Positions 35,505 to 44,590 of a stretch of 64,000 bases of DNA are shown here, one piece after another. Origin of the DNA: Clostridia bacterium (GTDB lineage Bacteria; Bacillota; Clostridia; Oscillospirales; CAG-272). Location of the stretch: NCBI GenBank assembly GCA_017452525.1, contig JAFTMG010000007.1, forward strand, positions 6,418 through 70,417, given 5' to 3'. The position numbers and the translations under genes were made by a program. Within the stretch, counting starts at the first letter, position 1, and the number at the start of each line of letters is the position of its first letter. Below the pieces are notes generated by a model. It saw only the letters and a list, made by a program, of their open reading frames with translations. It was not told where the DNA came from and searched no databases.

Positions 35505-35548
35505 AAAGATCAAAGCCACGGCTCGTTTGAGCCGTGGCTTTGATCTTT
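35505..35548. terminator. bidirectional terminator (20-bp perfect stem)
   Basis: aaagatcaaagccacggctc-gttt-gagccgtggctttgatcttt, between convergent genes. Confidence 0.85.
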
Positions 35549-36213
35549 TAGTATGCAAGTTTTTGGAGTTTCTTTTTATCCTTGATCACGATACCTTTTC
35601 TCGTGACCTCAATAAGTCTGTCGGAAGCGAGGTGCTTTAACATTCTCGTAACCACCTCACGGGCAGTTCCAAGGTGCCGCGCAATTGTTTCGTGTGTCAG
35701 CGTGACGGTATCCGTTCCGTTTGCCTGCGTTTCTTCAAGAAGAAAGATGGCAAGGCGCTTATCCATACTCATAAAAACGACCTGTTGCATGATCCACATC
35801 ACGTCCGAAAAGCGTCCGACGGCAGTTTCAAGGGCGTAATTTTTCACTTCAAGATAGCGGGAACTAATGTCACCGAAAGCCGCGCTGCTGATACGGTAGC
35901 AATCGCTTGGAACTTCGGCATCCACATATACGTCAAAAGTGATACTGTTCAACACGCACGAAGCGGATAACATACAGATATCACCGGGCACAAGGCGATA
36001 GAGTGTGATCTCCTTGCCGTCCTCCGAGAGCATATACAGGCGCAATCTGCCCGAGCGCACAATAAATAGCCCCGAGCATCCCATATTGTCGTGAACGGGC
36101 TGTTCCTTGTCAAAGTGTTCCTCTGCGGTATTCTCACACAGATGGTTTTTATCTTCTTCCTTTAGTGCTTTCCAGAACGGAAAGTATTGTTCGTAGAAGG
36201 CGTGTAAAGACAT
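35548..36213 (-). CDS. Crp/Fnr family transcriptional regulator
   Basis: Start trimmed to MSLHAFYEQYFPFW. cNMP-binding-like beta-roll (GLFIVRSGRLRLY..EDGKEITLYRL) and a C-terminal HTH (THETIARHLGTAREVVTRMLKHL). Confidence 0.88.
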   Translation of the reverse strand: MSLHAFYEQYFPFWKALKEEDKNHLCENTAEEHFDKEQPVHDNMGCSGLFIVRSGRLRLYMLSEDGKEITLYRLVPGDICMLSASCVLNSITFDVYVDAEVPSDCYRISSAAFGDISSRYLEVKNYALETAVGRFSDVMWIMQQVVFMSMDKRLAIFLLEETQANGTDTVTLTHETIARHLGTAREVVTRMLKHLASDRLIEVTRKGIVIKDKKKLQKLAY

Positions 36214-36408
36214 ATATCTCCGTCCTTTCATGATTTTGTTTTTACTATTATACCATATTTTTATAAATTTTTCAACCGATTTGGCTTTTCTTTGCTTCCT
36301 CCGATGCAATTTTTGAGGTCTGACGGTGGATTTCCATCAGACTCTTCACGTTCTGCCACATTCCTTCGTCCCTCGGCACGCTTTGCTTCGATCTGATCCC
36401 CCGAGCCG

Positions 36409-36588
36409 ATGCTGCGCTTTTTCTCATCGGACGAGGAGGTCATCCGCATCGGCATTACCGCATTCCGCATGATCGGTTGGAGCTTCTTGCCGCTTGTTAC
36501 ATCATTGACCTATCCCGTACTTTTCCAAGCGGTGGGGCAGCCCGTGAAAAGTTCGGTTCTGACGGTGATCCGTACGGTGATACTATAA
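36409..36588 (+). pseudogene. remnant of a MATE-family efflux transporter (59-codon internal/C-proximal fragment)
   Basis: My translation: MLRFFSSDEEVIRIGITAFRMIGWSFLPLVTSLTYPVLFQAVGQPVKSSVLTVIRTVIL*. It resembles the MATE segment ..lF..d.eVi..g..yl.i......f......f.QalG.. An in-frame stop lies just upstream, and no TM11-12 follow. Confidence 0.4.
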
Positions 36589-36645
36589 ATCCAACTTTTT
36601 CATCGGATGCTTTCTTTGACTACTGCGACTAAATTTTTGACATGT

Positions 36646-36678
36646 AAAATCACCGCCAAATTATTTGACGGTGATTTG
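36646..36678. terminator. terminator hairpin downstream of the Mn-catalase gene
   Basis: atcaccg..cggtgat stem flanked by A/T runs. Confidence 0.5.
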
Positions 36679-36684
36679 GAATAC

Positions 36685-37347
36685 TTACTTGAAAGCTGGT
36701 GCATGGGTTTCGTTGTTAGCGAAAGTATTGGGTCCGGGATTGGAAAGTGAAAAATACATTTTTGCCGCTTTCGTCGTACCGAAATCACGGTTCGAGCCCG
36801 TTTCCTGTACCTTGTTGAAGGCATCACGGAACATCTGATTGTGCGCTTCCTCGCGGTTGAGGAGAAAATCGATGGTCTCTCGGACTTTCTTATCCTCAAT
36901 CTGACGGTAGAGATACTCGTAAACCACCTTGGCTCTCTGCTCGGATGCGATGTTGGAAAGCAGGTCGGCACACAGGTCACCCGTGACGGTGACGTAATCT
37001 CCCGTCCACGAATATCCGGAGGAGTTGATCAATCCGGGATTCAGACCGAGCAGAACGTGCGTCTGCACCTCACCTGCCTGTACTTTGGTTGCATCCACGT
37101 CGTGACCGTTGAGGAGATTGATGGTCTGCGCCACCATCTCCATGTGTCCCAGCTCCTCGGCTGCGATATCGAGAAAGAGATCCTTGATCTCGGGATCCTT
37201 GATCCGAAAGCTCTGCGACATATACTGCATTGCCGCCTTGAGCTCACCGTTACCGCCGCCGAGCTGCTCCTGAAGCAAAACCGCATACTGCGGATTCGGT
37301 CTTTCGACCTCTACGGGATGAAATAACTGCTTTTCATGTTTGAACAT
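36685..37347 (-). CDS. manganese catalase family protein (CotJC-like)
   Basis: PNPQYAVLLQEQLGGGNGELKAAMQYMSQSF and EELGHMEMV di-Mn ligand motifs. Confidence 0.9.
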   Translation of the reverse strand: MFKHEKQLFHPVEVERPNPQYAVLLQEQLGGGNGELKAAMQYMSQSFRIKDPEIKDLFLDIAAEELGHMEMVAQTINLLNGHDVDATKVQAGEVQTHVLLGLNPGLINSSGYSWTGDYVTVTGDLCADLLSNIASEQRAKVVYEYLYRQIEDKKVRETIDFLLNREEAHNQMFRDAFNKVQETGSNRDFGTTKAAKMYFSLSNPGPNTFANNETHAPAFK

Positions 37348-37558
37348 TGCAAATCTGACCTCCGTTTATGGATTTGATACTATGATTTCCCATAACGCGG
37401 GGAAATATACCGTGATCTTCTTTTATGATCTGTCGTGGGGGCATCGATCAGCTTGCCGTATTCGGTGAAGCGCCGTTGCTGTGTCTGTTTACCGGGATAC
37501 GACATAGTTTTTGTTTTTCGGAGGCTTTATTTATGCTTTTGTTTTATTTGTTCGAGAT

Positions 37559-37579
37559 TTTATGATATAATATAAAAAA
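37559..37579 (+). promoter_or_regulatory. extended -10 promoter (tgaTATAAT at 37563..37571) for the long sigma-like gene
   Basis: The 21-nt string tttatgatataatataaaaaa is identical to 29809..29829. The -35 is weak. Confidence 0.45.
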
Positions 37580-37624
37580 ATTCCAACCCGATCTCATTCT
37601 CGGTTACTCAATAGGCGAAACAAC

Positions 37625-39268
37625 ATGTTGGATTTCAAAAAAAGTGAGGTGAATACGTTGACAGAAAAAGAAGCTCTTTTATGGGTCTTTGAACAGGAGA
37701 TGGTTTCCAAAATATATGGCTTTTGCCGTGCCAAGCTGAATACGGTAGAGGACGCGGAGGATCTTTCGCAGGACATCTGCCTTGAGGTGTTACAGGCGAT
37801 CCATGCGGGGAAGCAGATCGAAAATCTGAACGCGTTCGTGTGGAGTGTTTCCAACCATATGTTTTTCAATTGGTTACGGAAAAAGAAGCACGGGACGACG
37901 GCGTATCTGTCGGAGCTGGTTGCCTCCGAGGAGAACGTTGAGCAGGAATATATGCTGCGGGAGCAGAGAAATCTGTTGCGCCGCGAGCTTTCGCTTATGT
38001 CGGGCAACTACCGCCGCGCGGTGGTCATGCATTATTTTGAGAATATGTCCTGCGAGGAGATCGGGCATGCGCTCGGAAAGAGTAGCGGTACTGTCAAATG
38101 GTGGCTTCACGATGCCAGAGAGGCGATCGAGAAAGGAATGAATACGATGAGAGAATACGGAGAAAAGAGCTACCGTCCCGGAAAGCTCAGCTTATCCTGC
38201 ACGGGCAATCCCGGCGGCAATCTGGAGCCGATGGTGTGCGCACAGAGAAAGTCTTCCCAGAATATCCTGTTGGCGGCATACAACCGCCCGTTGACTGTCA
38301 CAGAGCTTTGCGAGGAGCTTGGTATTTCTGCACCTTATATGGAGGATGAGGTGGAATATCTGGTAAAAAACCAACTGATGGTGGAGATTTCCAAAGGAAA
38401 ATATCAAACGGACTTTGTCATTCTGCCCGGCAACAACCCGACACCCGCAAATAAAATATACGCCGCCGTTTTTCCCGCGTACTACGAAAAGCTGATGGCG
38501 TTTCTGGAGTCGAAAAAGGAGATCCTGACGGGGAATCGATTCAACACCGCAGGTTTTACGTGGGAGCGCTTGCTTTGGGTGTATATCCACATCCTATCGG
38601 ACATGGCGGTGAATACGTACCGATACGAAAACAACGTCTCGGTCAAATATGAGGATATTCCAATGCGCCCCAACGGCGGAAAATGGATCGCGCTTGGTTT
38701 TGAAGGCGGGTACGGTCTGGATGAGAAACTCAAATGGGAGATCTATCACGTTTACGACGGTCCCGTCCACAAGACCGACAAAGCGTTTGCGCAAGGCTTT
38801 TTCCACATCTGGAGCGGGGTGGACAGCTCGGTGTTCTTCGATACGCCCGATGAGGTCTTTGCACTTTGCCGCGAGATCATTCGCGGGAAGGCAGATATCG
38901 AGGCATTGAATGAGGAGGAGAAGTATCTGTTCAGCGTCGCGCTGGAAAAGAAGCTCTTCGTGAAGACCGAGAGCGGTTTCAGACAGAATTATTATTATGT
39001 GGACCGTGCCGAGAGGACGGCGATCGAGGGGCTTGCCCGTGAATTTTATCATACCGTTTCTCCGCTGATCGGACAGGCGTGGAAGATCGTATTGGGGGAA
39101 TATTTGCCGTCGGTCCCCAAGCATCTGCATTGGCAGATGGGGAATTTCCTGAGTAACCAATTGAACCATTTTGTGACCTGCAGTTTGCAAATCGCCGACC
39201 GCGAGGGTGTTTTGTCCGAGCCGGATGATGCAAACCGGGAATGGCTGAGTCTGTTTGCAAGCGAATAA
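37625..39268 (+). CDS. sigma-70 family (ECF-like) sigma factor with a ~370-aa C-terminal extension
   Basis: Region 2 (AEDLSQDICLEVLQAI..FVWSVSNHMFFNWLRKK) and region 4 (YRRAVVMHYFENMSCEEIGHALGKSSGTVKWWLHDAREAI). A long non-membrane extension follows, with no motif I recognise. Confidence 0.75.
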   Translation: MLDFKKSEVNTLTEKEALLWVFEQEMVSKIYGFCRAKLNTVEDAEDLSQDICLEVLQAIHAGKQIENLNAFVWSVSNHMFFNWLRKKKHGTTAYLSELVASEENVEQEYMLREQRNLLRRELSLMSGNYRRAVVMHYFENMSCEEIGHALGKSSGTVKWWLHDAREAIEKGMNTMREYGEKSYRPGKLSLSCTGNPGGNLEPMVCAQRKSSQNILLAAYNRPLTVTELCEELGISAPYMEDEVEYLVKNQLMVEISKGKYQTDFVILPGNNPTPANKIYAAVFPAYYEKLMAFLESKKEILTGNRFNTAGFTWERLLWVYIHILSDMAVNTYRYENNVSVKYEDIPMRPNGGKWIALGFEGGYGLDEKLKWEIYHVYDGPVHKTDKAFAQGFFHIWSGVDSSVFFDTPDEVFALCREIIRGKADIEALNEEEKYLFSVALEKKLFVKTESGFRQNYYYVDRAERTAIEGLAREFYHTVSPLIGQAWKIVLGEYLPSVPKHLHWQMGNFLSNQLNHFVTCSLQIADREGVLSEPDDANREWLSLFASE

Positions 39269-39270
39269 AC

Positions 39271-39308
39271 GGAGGGACCTATTCCGGATTTCCGGAATAG
39301 GTCCCTCC
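39271..39308. terminator. bidirectional terminator (17-bp perfect stem)
   Basis: ggagggacctattccgg-attt-ccggaataggtccctcc. Confidence 0.85.
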
Positions 39309-39324
39309 GCTTGTTGTATGCGGG

Positions 39325-40341
39325 TTAAAGCAGGGAATCAAACAATCGGATATTGCTTGCCTGCGGCTTCAGTACTCCGCTTTCGCACTGCTTTACGATC
39401 TCGACGATCTTATCGTTGATTGGCGTCCTCACGCCGCATTTCTTTCCCCACTCGCAAACGATGCCGTTGATGGCGTCGATCTCGCACGGCTTGCCTTTCT
39501 TCAGATCCTGCAGCATAGACGGCTCAATGTTGCGGTGTTTTTTCATGGCGATCGGGATCAGCGCGGTAGCAAACGCGCGTTTCAGCGCGTTTTTATAGTA
39601 AAAGAGCGCCGTGATATTCTTTCCCTGAACGGGTGCAAAGGTCGCGCCTGCCGCGTGACCCACGTCGATACATTCTTTCATGCACCGTATGGCGACCTTG
39701 CGCGCCGCCCTGTTTTCCGAAACGTCGCCGAACAAGCCGCCGACCACGGTACCAAGCCCTGAGAATGTGGCGTTGATCAACAGCTTTGACCAGCGGGCGC
39801 CGATCAGATTGGGCTCCTCGTGAACGGGGCACATCAGCTCCAGCAACGTTTTGACCTCGCGGAATTTCTCATCCGTGATGCCGGCCATCTTGCCCATATG
39901 GAAAGAGAGGCTTGCGGGGTCGCTGGTCAGCGTGCATACGCCGGGCGCGGAAAGGGTCGCCCCCCATTCCACCACACAGCCCATGGTGCGGTGCTCACCG
40001 ACGATCTCGGCGATCCCCGGCTCGGGGAGTCCGTTTTGCAGGGTGACGATCACCCCGTCATCTGCGAGGTGGTCCTTCAGAAAGGTGACGACCTCCCGGT
40101 TGAAGAGCTGCTTGGTCATCAGCAGGATCACGTCGTACATCCCGCTCATTTCATCGGGCGTCAGCGCGGTAACGGGAACGGTCAGCTCGATGGTTCCCGT
40201 GATGCGAGCGCCGTTTTGGCGCAGTGCCGCTACGTGAGCCTTGTTGCGATTGATCAGATCGATCTGTCCGCCGTTTTTGGTGATATAGGCGCCGAGCACG
40301 GTTCCCAAAGAACCCGCGCCGTAAATGGCATATCTGTTCAT
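39325..40341 (-). CDS. 2-dehydropantoate 2-reductase (ketopantoate reductase family)
   Basis: Start trimmed to MNRYAIYGAGSLGTVLGAY. ApbA/PanE N- and C-terminal domain layout. Confidence 0.8.
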   Translation of the reverse strand: MNRYAIYGAGSLGTVLGAYITKNGGQIDLINRNKAHVAALRQNGARITGTIELTVPVTALTPDEMSGMYDVILLMTKQLFNREVVTFLKDHLADDGVIVTLQNGLPEPGIAEIVGEHRTMGCVVEWGATLSAPGVCTLTSDPASLSFHMGKMAGITDEKFREVKTLLELMCPVHEEPNLIGARWSKLLINATFSGLGTVVGGLFGDVSENRAARKVAIRCMKECIDVGHAAGATFAPVQGKNITALFYYKNALKRAFATALIPIAMKKHRNIEPSMLQDLKKGKPCEIDAINGIVCEWGKKCGVRTPINDKIVEIVKQCESGVLKPQASNIRLFDSLL

Positions 40342-40363
40342 GCTTTTGTACCTTTTTGTTTTT

Positions 40364-41170
40364 TTATTTGCGCTTGGCGTCAATATATACGGGGCAATGG
40401 TCGGAGATGGCAAGCGCTGTCTCGTCGTGGGGAATGTTGTGCGTCAGCACCTCAACGGTATCCTCGGTGACGAAAATGAAGTCAATGGGGTTGCCCTCGT
40501 CACAAGGACGACCCGGGACGCGGTGGAAGGAGTCGATTCCCTCGGTCGCGCCCAGCTTGGCAACGGTTGCGCTGTCGGGCAGGACCTTCTTCATGTTCAT
40601 GATCGAGTCTCGGGGCTGACGGGAGTTGAAGTCACCCGTGATGAAAACGGGAAGGGAAGCGCCGTATTTTGCCCGTAACTCGTCCTTCTTTTCCAGCATC
40701 TGGCGCACGTTGTCCACGCGCCACTGCTCGCCCTCCACGGCATCGGTGGCTTCCAAATTGTAGGATTTGAGGATCAGAGAGCCGTGGGAATTGATCAGCG
40801 CCAGCTTCTGACCGCTTTCCCGATCTGCAAGAATGACCCATGCCATAGATTTGGTGTCTGTGCCGCGCATACGGTAAAGCTCACTGCCGCTTTCCACGGC
40901 ATCAAAGCGGTCGTGGCGGTAGAGGATGGGGGTGAAGCAATGCTTATCCTCGGGATGGCGGGTAGCAACGGGGGTATACAGATCGGAAAGGGTCTCAAAG
41001 AGGGAGGTACCGATCTTGTTGACCTCCTGCATACCGATGATATCGGCACCGCAGGCGCGATAGTAATCGGCGATCAGGGGGAGACGGTCTGCAAGGGTCT
41101 TGTCAAAAAGAATATTGCTCGACATGATGCGCCATTCAGCTTCCGGCGCGCGGAGAATAGAGTTGCTCAT
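40364..41170 (-). CDS. endonuclease/exonuclease/phosphatase (EEP) family protein
   Basis: SSNILF..MQEV near the N-terminus, INSH, GDFN, and SDHCPV at the C-terminus. Confidence 0.8.
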   Translation of the reverse strand: MSNSILRAPEAEWRIMSSNILFDKTLADRLPLIADYYRACGADIIGMQEVNKIGTSLFETLSDLYTPVATRHPEDKHCFTPILYRHDRFDAVESGSELYRMRGTDTKSMAWVILADRESGQKLALINSHGSLILKSYNLEATDAVEGEQWRVDNVRQMLEKKDELRAKYGASLPVFITGDFNSRQPRDSIMNMKKVLPDSATVAKLGATEGIDSFHRVPGRPCDEGNPIDFIFVTEDTVEVLTHNIPHDETALAISDHCPVYIDAKRK

Positions 41171-41364
41171 GGTGAGGTTCCTTTCGTGATCTGAAAAATG
41201 ATGATCTGTCCGATCTTTGGGGTTGTACTGTCATTATTATACAACGTGCTTTTCGAAAAGTCAACTTTTTTCGGATAGGTGTGCGGATTTCAGAGGAACC
41301 GTTGCTTTTTTCTCCAATTTGTGTTATACTGAAACGGTAAAATCTGTTTAGGAGATGATGCTTC

Positions 41365-42309
41365 ATGCTGTGGCTTTGGATCGGTCTGGGTGCCGTTTTG
41401 GGCGTGATACTGTTGGTGCTGCTGACGGCACTGATCTGTTTCTTTCGGGTCTTTTATTCTCCCTCACGCAAGCCGTTGGGGGAAGAGGAATATGCGATCC
41501 CTGATGGTGAGATCTACGAGGTACACCGCGAGGCAATGATCCGTTGGACCAAAATGATCCGCACCATGCCCCATGAGAACGTGTCCATACGCTCCTATGA
41601 CGGATTGACGTTGCGGGGAAGATATTACGAATATCAGCCCGGGGCACCGCTGGAGCTGCTTTTTCACGGCTATCGCGGCACGGGGGAGCGGGATCTCAGC
41701 GGCGGCGTGGAGCGTTGCTTTGCCTTGGGCAGAAACGCGCTGATCGTGGATCACCGTGCCGCCGGGACGAGCGACGGACACGTGATCACCTTTGGTATCA
41801 AGGAGCGGAGGGACTGTCTCGATTGGATCGCCTTTGCCCTGAAGCGCTTCGGCGCGGACACCAAGATCATCCTGACGGGGATCTCCATGGGCGCGGCAAC
41901 GGTCATGATGGCGATGGGGGAGAAGCTACCTCCCAACGTGGTCTGTGTTCTGGCGGATTGCGGCTACAGCTCACCGAAGGAGATCATCCAAAAGGTGATC
42001 CGTGACATGAAACTGCCACAGTTCCTGTATCCCTTTATCAGGCTGGGTGCCCGTCTGTATGGCGGATTTGATCTGGAGGAGACTTCGCCGATGGAGGCGG
42101 TGGCAAAATGCCGTGTGCCGCTGATCCTCATCCACGGTGACGCGGATGATTTTGTCCCCTGCGAGATGAGCCGCCGACTGTATGAGGCGTGCGCGTCCAC
42201 TAAAAAGTTCGTGGCGATCCCCGGGGCAGGGCACGGTCTGGCTTTTCCCGTGAATCAGGAGATGTATCTGACCGCACTTGCCGATTTCCAGAAGGAATGC
42301 GGTTTTTGA
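41365..42309 (+). CDS. alpha/beta hydrolase with an N-terminal membrane anchor
   Basis: TM helix, FHGYRG, nucleophile elbow GISMGAAT, HGDADDFVP, GAGHG. Confidence 0.8.
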   Translation: MLWLWIGLGAVLGVILLVLLTALICFFRVFYSPSRKPLGEEEYAIPDGEIYEVHREAMIRWTKMIRTMPHENVSIRSYDGLTLRGRYYEYQPGAPLELLFHGYRGTGERDLSGGVERCFALGRNALIVDHRAAGTSDGHVITFGIKERRDCLDWIAFALKRFGADTKIILTGISMGAATVMMAMGEKLPPNVVCVLADCGYSSPKEIIQKVIRDMKLPQFLYPFIRLGARLYGGFDLEETSPMEAVAKCRVPLILIHGDADDFVPCEMSRRLYEACASTKKFVAIPGAGHGLAFPVNQEMYLTALADFQKECGF

Positions 42310-42432
42310 GCGAAAAATGAGCAAAAAAGATGGGTTTTGCCCATCTTTTTTTCGTTGCGGATATTGACACAGTGCGTCTTTTGTGATAAAATAACAATCG
42401 ATATATAACGGTTGATATAAAAGGAGAAAAAC

Positions 42433-42987
42433 ATGCCTCCAAAGATCAGAGTAACGAAAGAAGAGATCATAAAAGCGGCGGTGGACCTCGTCAGAGAGCA
42501 AGGCGAGTCTGCTTTGAATGCCAGAACGGTTGCCGCGCGCTTGAATTGCTCCACCCAGCCCATATTTTTTAATTTCGAGTCCATGGGTCAATTGCGCAAT
42601 GCCGTGATCGAGGCTGCGTATGTCATGTATCGGCAGCACATACGTGCCGAGATGGAGAGCGGGGAATATCCGCCCTATAAGGCGAGCGGCATGGCATACA
42701 TCAGCTTTGCGCAGAAGGAAAAGCTGTTATTCCAATTGCTCTTTATGCGTGATCGCACGGCAGAGGAGATCCCTGAGAAAACAGAAGAGGGGGATGAAAT
42801 GGCGGCTATGGTGCAGGATTCCACGGGGCTTTCCGCGGAGGAAGCGCGGCTGTTTCATCTGGAAATGTGGTTTTACGTCCATGGAATCGCCACCATGGTA
42901 GCCACCAACTTTCTGACCCCGGATCGGGAGCTGATCAGCAGAGTCCTATCCGATGCCTATCTGGGGCTGAAAAAGAACAAGACGTAA
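42433..42987 (+). CDS. TetR/AcrR family transcriptional regulator
   Basis: N-terminal HTH (IIKAAVDLVREQGESALNARTVAARLNCSTQPIFFNF). Confidence 0.85.
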   Translation: MPPKIRVTKEEIIKAAVDLVREQGESALNARTVAARLNCSTQPIFFNFESMGQLRNAVIEAAYVMYRQHIRAEMESGEYPPYKASGMAYISFAQKEKLLFQLLFMRDRTAEEIPEKTEEGDEMAAMVQDSTGLSAEEARLFHLEMWFYVHGIATMVATNFLTPDRELISRVLSDAYLGLKKNKT

Positions 42988-42999
42988 GGGGGAAAAGAT

Positions 43000-43728
43000 A
43001 TGTACGCCATCCAAACCAAGGACCTGAGCAAGCAATACCGTGACGTGCTTGCCGTTGACTCCTTGAATTTATCGGTCCGCAGCGGCGAACTGTTTTCCTT
43101 GCTGGGTGTCAACGGTGCGGGAAAAACGACGACCATCAAGATGCTTTCCTGCCTGACGGCACCTACGGGTGGAGATGCTTTTCTGAATGGAAAAAGCATC
43201 GTTCATGAGACAGCCGAGGTCAAGGCGATGATCGGGGTGTCTCCGCAGGAGACGGCGATCGCGCCCGGGCTGACGGTGCGGGAAAATCTGAAGCTGATCT
43301 GCGGCGTGTACGGCTTCTCCAAGGAAAAAAGCGAGAAAAGGATTGTGGAGATGGGAGCGCGGTTGGACCTTTCGCGCATCTTCGGCAAGAAGGCGGGAAA
43401 GCTCTCTGGTGGCTGGCAGAGGAGGCTCAGCATTGCCATGGCATTGATCAGCGAGCCGCAGATCCTCTTTCTGGACGAGCCGACGCTGGGGCTGGACGTG
43501 ATCGCGCGCAGTGAGCTTTGGGATGTGATCCGTGCCTTGAAGGGGCAGATCACCGTGATCCTGACCACCCATTATATGGAGGAGGCAGAGGCACTTTCCG
43601 ACCGTATCGGCGTGATGAAGGACGGCAAATTGCTTGTGTGCGACACTGCGGAAAACATCAAGCGCACGGCGGGGACGGACCGCTTTGAGGATGCGTTCGT
43701 CCGCATCGTAAGGGGGGAAGTGAAATGA
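43000..43728 (+). CDS. ABC transporter ATP-binding protein (ABC-2 type)
   Basis: Walker A GVNGAGKTTT, signature LSGGWQRRLSIA, Walker B LFLDEPTLGLD. Confidence 0.92.
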   Translation: MYAIQTKDLSKQYRDVLAVDSLNLSVRSGELFSLLGVNGAGKTTTIKMLSCLTAPTGGDAFLNGKSIVHETAEVKAMIGVSPQETAIAPGLTVRENLKLICGVYGFSKEKSEKRIVEMGARLDLSRIFGKKAGKLSGGWQRRLSIAMALISEPQILFLDEPTLGLDVIARSELWDVIRALKGQITVILTTHYMEEAEALSDRIGVMKDGKLLVCDTAENIKRTAGTDRFEDAFVRIVRGEVK

Positions 43729-44456
43729 GAATGATCACACTTGCGCAGCGAAATACCAAGGAGATCCTGCGCGATCCCTTGAATCTGGCGTTCGGTCTGG
43801 GCTTTCCCATCGTGCTTCTGCTGCTACTCAGCGCCATTCAGGCAAACGTTCCGGTATCACTTTTTGAGATCGCGCATCTGACACCGGGAATCACGGTGTT
43901 CGGGCTGTCGTTTATGACGCTGTTTTCTGCAACGCTGATCGCCAAGGATCGCGGAAGTGCGCTTCTTCAGCGGCTTTACACCACACCGCTGACCGCATGG
44001 GACTTTATTCTGGGATATACCTTGCCAATTCTTCCCATTGCCATAGCACAGTGCGCCGTCTGCTATGGCTTTGCCATGATCCTTGGCTTGGATCTGACGG
44101 TGCGGATCCTTTGGGCGGTGCTTGCCATCCTGCCCGTGTCGCTCTTGTACGTTTCTCTTGGCTTGCTGTGCGGCAGTGTGCTGACCGATAAGCAGGTCGG
44201 CGGAGTCTGCGGCGCGCTTCTGACAAACCTTTCCGCCTGGCTTTCCGGCACGTGGTTTGATCTGGAGCTGGTGGGCGGTGCCTTCCGCGAGATCGCTTAT
44301 GCTTTGCCTTTCGTCCACGCGGTGGAGTGGGAGCGGGCGGTGCTCGGCGGAAACGCAGCCGACGGACTATCCCATCTGCTATGGGTGGTCGGATACAGTC
44401 TCGTTATCCTGCTGGCGGCGATGCTTTTGTTCTTCCGTCAAATGAAACGGCAATAA
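43725..44456 (+). CDS. ABC-2 family transporter permease
   Basis: ATGA overlap with the ATPase gene. Six hydrophobic helices, 243 aa. Confidence 0.85.
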   Translation: MRMITLAQRNTKEILRDPLNLAFGLGFPIVLLLLLSAIQANVPVSLFEIAHLTPGITVFGLSFMTLFSATLIAKDRGSALLQRLYTTPLTAWDFILGYTLPILPIAIAQCAVCYGFAMILGLDLTVRILWAVLAILPVSLLYVSLGLLCGSVLTDKQVGGVCGALLTNLSAWLSGTWFDLELVGGAFREIAYALPFVHAVEWERAVLGGNAADGLSHLLWVVGYSLVILLAAMLLFFRQMKRQ

Positions 44457-44460
44457 ATTG

Positions 44461-44496
44461 AAGATCGCCAAGGGTCCGTGAACCTTTGGCGATCTT
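44461..44496. terminator. terminator hairpin (15-bp stem)
   Basis: aagatcgccaagggt-ccgtga-acctttggcgatctt. Confidence 0.75.
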
Positions 44497-44590
44497 ATAC
44501 TTATGTTGTGCTTGCGGTCTTTGCCTCTGAACGTGTGCGGCGGATCTTGGGGAGATGCAGCTTGTAGATCTCGTGATACGGCATCCGGGA

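Noticed and set aside
36261-36470. A 69-aa minus-strand ORF upstream of the Crp/Fnr gene.
   Set aside because: It overlaps the region that, on the plus strand, reads as a MATE-transporter remnant. Its translation has no motifs and it lacks an RBS. It is probably a non-coding promoter or relic region.
37380-37505. A 41-codon minus-strand ORF (MSYPGKQTQQRRF..) upstream of the Mn-catalase gene, considered as a possible CotJA/CotJB-like partner.
   Set aside because: It has no Shine-Dalgarno sequence (the upstream sequence is cctccg in the wrong orientation). It does not resemble CotJA/CotJB as I recall them, and its composition is basic and low in complexity.
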